Shown piece by piece: positions 36,678-40,755 of a stretch of DNA of 40,755 nucleotides. Position 1 is the first letter of the stretch, and the number at the start of each line of letters is the position of its first letter. The notes beneath the pieces are model-generated. The model saw nothing but the letters and a program-made list of their open reading frames with translations. It searched no databases and was not told the DNA's origin. The DNA is from Ignavibacteria bacterium (GTDB lineage: Bacteria > Bacteroidota > Ignavibacteria > Tepidaquicellales > OLB5), in contig JABFSP010000224.1 in assembly GCA_013140565.1 (NCBI GenBank), positions 1 to 40,755 of the forward strand, in the 5' to 3' direction. The translations under genes and the position numbers were made by a program.

Positions 36678-37711
36678 TAAGCAGCCTCAGCTTTCTTTGT
36701 TTCCTTTAACTTCACAAGCATTGTTCTTTTACCTGTTTTATCTTCATTCCATGTTATTTTTCCACCTGCACCGTAATCAATCAGTGATGCATTACCCATG
36801 TGCGCTTTAATGATGTTTGTGAGCCTTGTCTTTTCAGTCTTGATTGCCTTTTCATCTTCATTACATTTGAGATATTCCATTCCGGTAAAGTAAATGTCAT
36901 CTGTAGCCTCAGCTTTTTGTGCTGTTGCTGTAAATTTCTCATTCAGGTAATCTTTGTAAGCCTCGATATTATCGATTTCAGGCTCAAGATGTTCAAAGGG
37001 TAGATCCAGTTTCAACAATTTGCGAGCCTCAAGAACATTATTCCAGAAATGAGTGGATTGTTCAATAATATTTTTTATGATTTCCTCATTACGGCTGAAT
37101 GAATACACTTCCATATACCTGCCATCTTTGAGAATGCAAAGCTCACCCTCTTCAAGACCGGATACAAGCAGCTGCTGCTGAAGCTGAACTATATACTGCG
37201 GTGGAATTCCTGCAATCCACTGGTCAGATGAAAACGCTGATATGGTTTTTAATTCAAGTGCCTGTTCTTTATCAGTACCATTCTTATTTATGACACGGTC
37301 AAGTGATGCAAACAGGTGGGGAAAATCAGGATTGATAAGGTATGCATTTATTTTCCTGCATTTTCTTACAATCCTTTTTTCATTGTAATTTTTTATCATT
37401 GCAAGCTGGTCAGTTTCCCAGTATTGCCATAGATCCGCTATTGATTCCTCGTTGTAACGACCCATGAACATTGGAATTGAATCTTCCTGTTCGGGAGTAC
37501 CTTCAACTTTTTCATAGAATAACTGATGCGCTGATTTGTACTGATTCAAACCCATAACAGTGGCAATTTCAGATGCTCCGATCCCGTTTTCTCTGAACTT
37601 AAGCCATTCAGATTTAGGCATATCAACTGTTGATACTCTTATTAATTTACTATCCACGGTTATACCTGTATGCCTTTCCGGTGGTACCTGAACCGCCATT
37701 TTTAGCTTCAT
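36677..37711 (-). CDS. YqaJ-like (lambda exonuclease family) recombination nuclease; exact start uncertain
   Basis: EWL..R..GIGASE, ASLDR, LELKT, Y.VQLQQQL. Confidence 0.9.
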   Translation of the reverse strand: MKLKMAVQVPPERHTGITVDSKLIRVSTVDMPKSEWLKFRENGIGASEIATVMGLNQYKSAHQLFYEKVEGTPEQEDSIPMFMGRYNEESIADLWQYWETDQLAMIKNYNEKRIVRKCRKINAYLINPDFPHLFASLDRVINKNGTDKEQALELKTISAFSSDQWIAGIPPQYIVQLQQQLLVSGLEEGELCILKDGRYMEVYSFSRNEEIIKNIIEQSTHFWNNVLEARKLLKLDLPFEHLEPEIDNIEAYKDYLNEKFTATAQKAEATDDIYFTGMEYLKCNEDEKAIKTEKTRLTNIIKAHMGNASLIDYGAGGKITWNEDKTGKRTMLVKLKETKKAEAA

Positions 37712-38522
37712 TGATTTTATTCATAGTATCTTTTAATGCTGTTTCACTTTTTGCCTGTGTTTCGGTTTTTTCAACTATCTTTGGAAACGCATCATCAATA
37801 GTTGTATCGCCGTCTTTTATCGCATTGGCAATACCCAAAAGAGTTAAGAATTTTTCCTGGTCTATATCCTCATCAGATTTCACACCAAGAACAGCGTATA
37901 TGCGGTCATAGGTAACACCCATAGATTTGAAATGTTTCAAAGCATCCATCCTGCGCTGACCTAATGTTGCAGCATCACCTGCAGCAACAAGTCTTGTTTT
38001 ATCATATATATCTTTAGAATAAGCCATAGGGATAACCGAAAATACAGCGTTCCTCAATGCAATTTTACATGCTGCGTTGCCAGTGACAACCTGCATATCT
38101 TCGCTGTATGTTTTGCCATTTTTATCAGTGATGCGCCTTTTAACTTCAATTGCAATAGCAGTATTGGATTCGAGATCGTGACATATAGCACGTGCAGTAA
38201 TAGTTTTGCGGTCATTTGCAATCACGTTAGCAGATGCCCTTAAATTACCCCAGGCTGAGATAACTATTTCAGCAAGTCTTATCGAGGGTCCCTCAATGAT
38301 TTTTCCGGCTCTTGAAAGTGCATAGAAACATGAAGCCGCAGTTTCGACATCAAGAGTTGCCATTGATAAAGCTTTCTGTTTGAAGTGTGCTATTGAACGG
38401 GGATATTGCTTGGCTGTTGATATCTGTATATCTATTTCAGCCTTAATAATGTCATTCAGCATATTTGGCGACTGAATGATTTGTGTGTCCTGATCCTGTA
38501 AAACAGGTGTGAATTCTGACAT
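37650..38522 (-). CDS. putative single-strand annealing/recombination partner of YqaJ
   Basis: QISTAKQYPRS...IEGPSIRLAE; directly upstream of YqaJ. Confidence 0.55.
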   Translation of the reverse strand: MSEFTPVLQDQDTQIIQSPNMLNDIIKAEIDIQISTAKQYPRSIAHFKQKALSMATLDVETAASCFYALSRAGKIIEGPSIRLAEIVISAWGNLRASANVIANDRKTITARAICHDLESNTAIAIEVKRRITDKNGKTYSEDMQVVTGNAACKIALRNAVFSVIPMAYSKDIYDKTRLVAAGDAATLGQRRMDALKHFKSMGVTYDRIYAVLGVKSDEDIDQEKFLTLLGIANAIKDGDTTIDDAFPKIVEKTETQAKSETALKDTMNKINEAKNGGSGTTGKAYRYNRG

Positions 38523-38537
38523 GGGATTTGTCCTTTC

Positions 38538-38660
38538 TTAGTTTATATAAATATGAAACGTGTCTTTATTTCCGAAACGAATTACATAAGAGCTTTTAAC
38601 CTGTCTATATTTTGGACTGAATTTGATTCTGAATGCAGGTGGTATAAATGAAATAATCAT
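38538..38660 (-). CDS. 40 aa hypothetical protein (not in ORF track)
   Basis: ATGA-coupled; MIISFIPPAFRIKFSPKY... Confidence 0.45.
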   Translation of the reverse strand: MIISFIPPAFRIKFSPKYRQVKSSYVIRFGNKDTFHIYIN

Positions 38661-39073
38661 TCTACATCCTCCACCCATTGTTTCTTAATAGAATCGATGT
38701 TCAAATACTTCAAATAATCTTCATTGGTTAAATTATACAGCGTATCATCATCCTGAATACAATCCGGATACAACTCACAGAAAACATTCCATGCTAATGA
38801 ATTATATATACTGCCGTTTGTTTGGTTGTGAGGTTTAACTTCGAAATAATATTCCTTGCCATCATTAGCTTTGAACCTGATATCAGATGATACCAGAGCA
38901 AATTTGTTTGTATGCTCTATTAATTCAGTTGCTGAAAGTATCGGACGTTCTAAGATCTTATCGACTTCACGTCTTAACTCAGCAGTTTTTATTGCGGCAA
39001 TTGCCCTCACCCTTTCAATCTCTATATTACTGAGACCATTTACCCGGACTGATAATGTTGCTGTTCTACCCAT
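38657..39073 (-). CDS. hypothetical protein
   Basis: 138 aa early gene. Confidence 0.65.
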   Translation of the reverse strand: MGRTATLSVRVNGLSNIEIERVRAIAAIKTAELRREVDKILERPILSATELIEHTNKFALVSSDIRFKANDGKEYYFEVKPHNQTNGSIYNSLAWNVFCELYPDCIQDDDTLYNLTNEDYLKYLNIDSIKKQWVEDVE

Positions 39074-39308
39074 TTGTTTTATTTAATAGTTCTCTGATGT
39101 GAGCTACTTTGTTTGTTGTTTCAGGTGAGAAAAATTCATTGATGTTTTTTAATGAATCAGCTACATGAACCAGATCACCGACATGACCATAATGAATTTT
39201 ACCCTTTGATACTTTTTCATGATGTTTCAAAGATTCAGTTAATTGCTTCAACTGTTCTTTAATAAGATTGCTGTAAATTTTGTATTTCTTTTCTGCAACT
39301 ATACTCAT
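39066..39308 (-). CDS. hypothetical protein
   Basis: 80 aa, IHYGHVGDL motif. Confidence 0.65.
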   Translation of the reverse strand: MSIVAEKKYKIYSNLIKEQLKQLTESLKHHEKVSKGKIHYGHVGDLVHVADSLKNINEFFSPETTNKVAHIRELLNKTNG

Positions 39309-39475
39309 GATGTTTTGATAATGATTAATCTTTGATTGGAATTATTTTTTAAGAACCTTTGAACCGAACCTGAACTGTTTAGAACCGTTACTACCCTGCA
39401 AACTTTATAAATATTCTTTACAGGTTTTTTTGAGGGCTTGAGTGATGCTTCCCAGTCTGAAAAAGATTTTTTCAT
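39305..39475 (-). CDS. 56 aa basic hypothetical protein (not in ORF track)
   Basis: MKKSFSDWEASLKP...; ATGA-coupled to the next gene. Confidence 0.5.
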   Translation of the reverse strand: MKKSFSDWEASLKPSKKPVKNIYKVCRVVTVLNSSGSVQRFLKNNSNQRLIIIKTS

Positions 39476-39526
39476 TTTTATATCCCTTTATTTTCATCGT
39501 TACCCCCTATGGTTTATGAATTAATG

Positions 39527-39715
39527 TTAATTATTTGCGTATTGATTTAATGCGAACCTGATAACTTCACTCTCATTTTTAAGTCCGCTTTTCTTTTTTG
39601 CAGCATCAAGCATTTTCTCAAATTCATCATCAGTTCTCATCCTGAAAAAATCACGTGTCTTTATCTGCATTGTTTTCTTATCACTTACAGCTTCCGTGTT
39701 CTTGCCTTTTTTCAT
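39527..39715 (-). CDS. ribbon-helix-helix regulator in the Cro position
   Basis: FFRMRTDDEFEKML......G..NESEVIRFAL. Confidence 0.75.
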   Translation of the reverse strand: MKKGKNTEAVSDKKTMQIKTRDFFRMRTDDEFEKMLDAAKKKSGLKNESEVIRFALNQYANN

Positions 39716-39730
39716 ACTTGTTTAATTAAT

Positions 39731-39817
39731 ACCTAATTGTTAGTTTGTAGCTCATTTGTTACCACAAATATACTATCTAATAATTAGTATGTCAATAGAA
39801 AGTACTAATAATTGGTA
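39731..39817. promoter_or_regulatory. lysis/lysogeny switch: leftward promoter and three 15-bp operators
   Basis: Minus-strand TTGACA (39790-39795)-N17-TATATTTG (39765-39772); TACTAATnATTAGTA-like sites at 39731, 39775 and 39803. Confidence 0.75.
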
Positions 39818-39857
39818 AGTATATTTTCATAAGTATTTGTAATTATATGAGTTAAAT

Positions 39858-40499
39858 TTGAACGAAATATCTAAAAAAATAGGATTAAAAGTCGACCTTT
39901 TGTTACACGAGGGGAGAAATACTAAATATTGGTTAGCAAAAAAGACTGGTATTTCAGAACCAACCCTTGGTAGAAATATCAAAGGCAATGGGAATTGGCT
40001 TCCTGAACAGCTGGAGGCTATAGCAAAAGTTTACAATAAATCATTGGATTGGTTTTTCGATAGGGAACCACTTTCAATAGTTGATGTCAAAAAAAATAAT
40101 GTTGAGGTCCCTATATATGGTATGGCTATATGCGGCATGCCGGTGAGTGATTGGATTGAACCAAAAGATTATATTTCAGTTGGATTTTTAAAAGGACATA
40201 ACCAAGCATTTGCTGTCAAGGCAGCAGGTTTAAGTATGTCTCAAACTATAATACCGGGTGATATTGTTTTTGCTTTTAAAGCTACAGAAAAACCTAAGAA
40301 CGGTTCAATAGTTTTAGTTTCAATGAAAACCGTTCCGGATGCAAAAGAGGGATTGATAAAACGCATTAAATGGCTTCCAAAGAAACAAATCCTTTTATAC
40401 AGTGATAACTCCAGAAATCATGACCCTATGATTGTTGATGAAAATGATGTATATGAAATCTTTACAGTGCATTCACAAATAATAAGGCAGCTTAAGTAA
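39858..40499 (+). CDS. CI/LexA-like repressor (HTH + S24 peptidase)
   Basis: WLAKKTGIS..TL HTH; ICG cleavage-site position; GLSM and IKR catalytic Ser/Lys. Confidence 0.9.
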   Translation: MNEISKKIGLKVDLLLHEGRNTKYWLAKKTGISEPTLGRNIKGNGNWLPEQLEAIAKVYNKSLDWFFDREPLSIVDVKKNNVEVPIYGMAICGMPVSDWIEPKDYISVGFLKGHNQAFAVKAAGLSMSQTIIPGDIVFAFKATEKPKNGSIVLVSMKTVPDAKEGLIKRIKWLPKKQILLYSDNSRNHDPMIVDENDVYEIFTVHSQIIRQLK

Positions 40500-40755
40500 T
40501 GGGTGAGATAGTAAAATATAATTCTAATGACCCTTTATTTGATGAAACTCATTTGGAAAATCTTTACAAAGATAATTACAAAGAATTTCATAATTTGTCA
40601 AATTACTTTAAGGACTTAGATATCAATATTTATAATGATAAGTTTTTACCAATTATTGTTAAGAAAAGTGTTTTTATCAAACTATCAGATAGATTTGATA
40701 AGTTTGAAAAATCGTTTACAGCAGAATTAAGAGATAATAAAATTGAATTTTCAAG
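40499..40755 (+). CDS. hypothetical protein, truncated by the window end
   Basis: ATG overlaps the repressor stop (TAATG); MGEIVKYNSNDPLFDE... open to the end. Confidence 0.6.
   Translation, partial: MGEIVKYNSNDPLFDETHLENLYKDNYKEFHNLSNYFKDLDINIYNDKFLPIIVKKSVFIKLSDRFDKFEKSFTAELRDNKIEFS

Larger units (their letters stand above)
1..40755. mobile_element. Temperate siphovirus-like phage/prophage (ends and integrase not visible in window)
   Basis: Canonical order repressor/cro - early genes - terminase - portal - capsid - tail - tape measure - lysis. Confidence 0.93.

Noticed and set aside
39742-39751. Lytic leader GCTACAAACT as another target of the tRNA-like RNA
   Set aside because: Needs a bulge and is short enough to arise by chance
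1-40755. CRISPR array, DGR reverse transcriptase, retron, IS element or integrase
   Set aside because: No regularly spaced repeats, RT motifs, transposase or recombinase ORF seen by eye

Overview
The window is almost entirely one AT-rich temperate phage/prophage of siphovirus type, read mostly on the minus strand. From right to left it carries: a CI-like S24 repressor facing an RHH Cro-position gene across operator repeats; early genes (SSAP-like + YqaJ, HNH, C5 methyltransferase, helicase-methyltransferase fusion, ASCH, NDT-like, minimal PolX); ParB-methyltransferase, terminase, portal and a fused protease/scaffold-capsid; a tail module with a -1 frameshift chaperone and tape measure; a lysis cassette; and a terminal accessory region with a two-gene HEPN module and a non-canonical tRNA-Thr(GGT)-like gene. 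No integrase or recognisable replication initiator is inside the window. Promoters combining TTGACA with TAnnTTTG, plus GGAG SD sites, suggest an Ignavibacteriota/Chlorobiota-like FCB host (inference). The most unusual signals are: (1) a tRNA-like RNA whose anticodon arm is perfectly complementary (14 nt) to the predicted 5' end of its own terminator-containing leader, next to a HEPN module; (2) twin covarying terminator-like hairpins just before the packaging and capsid operons; (3) Sec-type signal peptides or TM leaders on several genes in virion-structural positions. All product calls come from motif recognition and synteny by eye, with no database searches.
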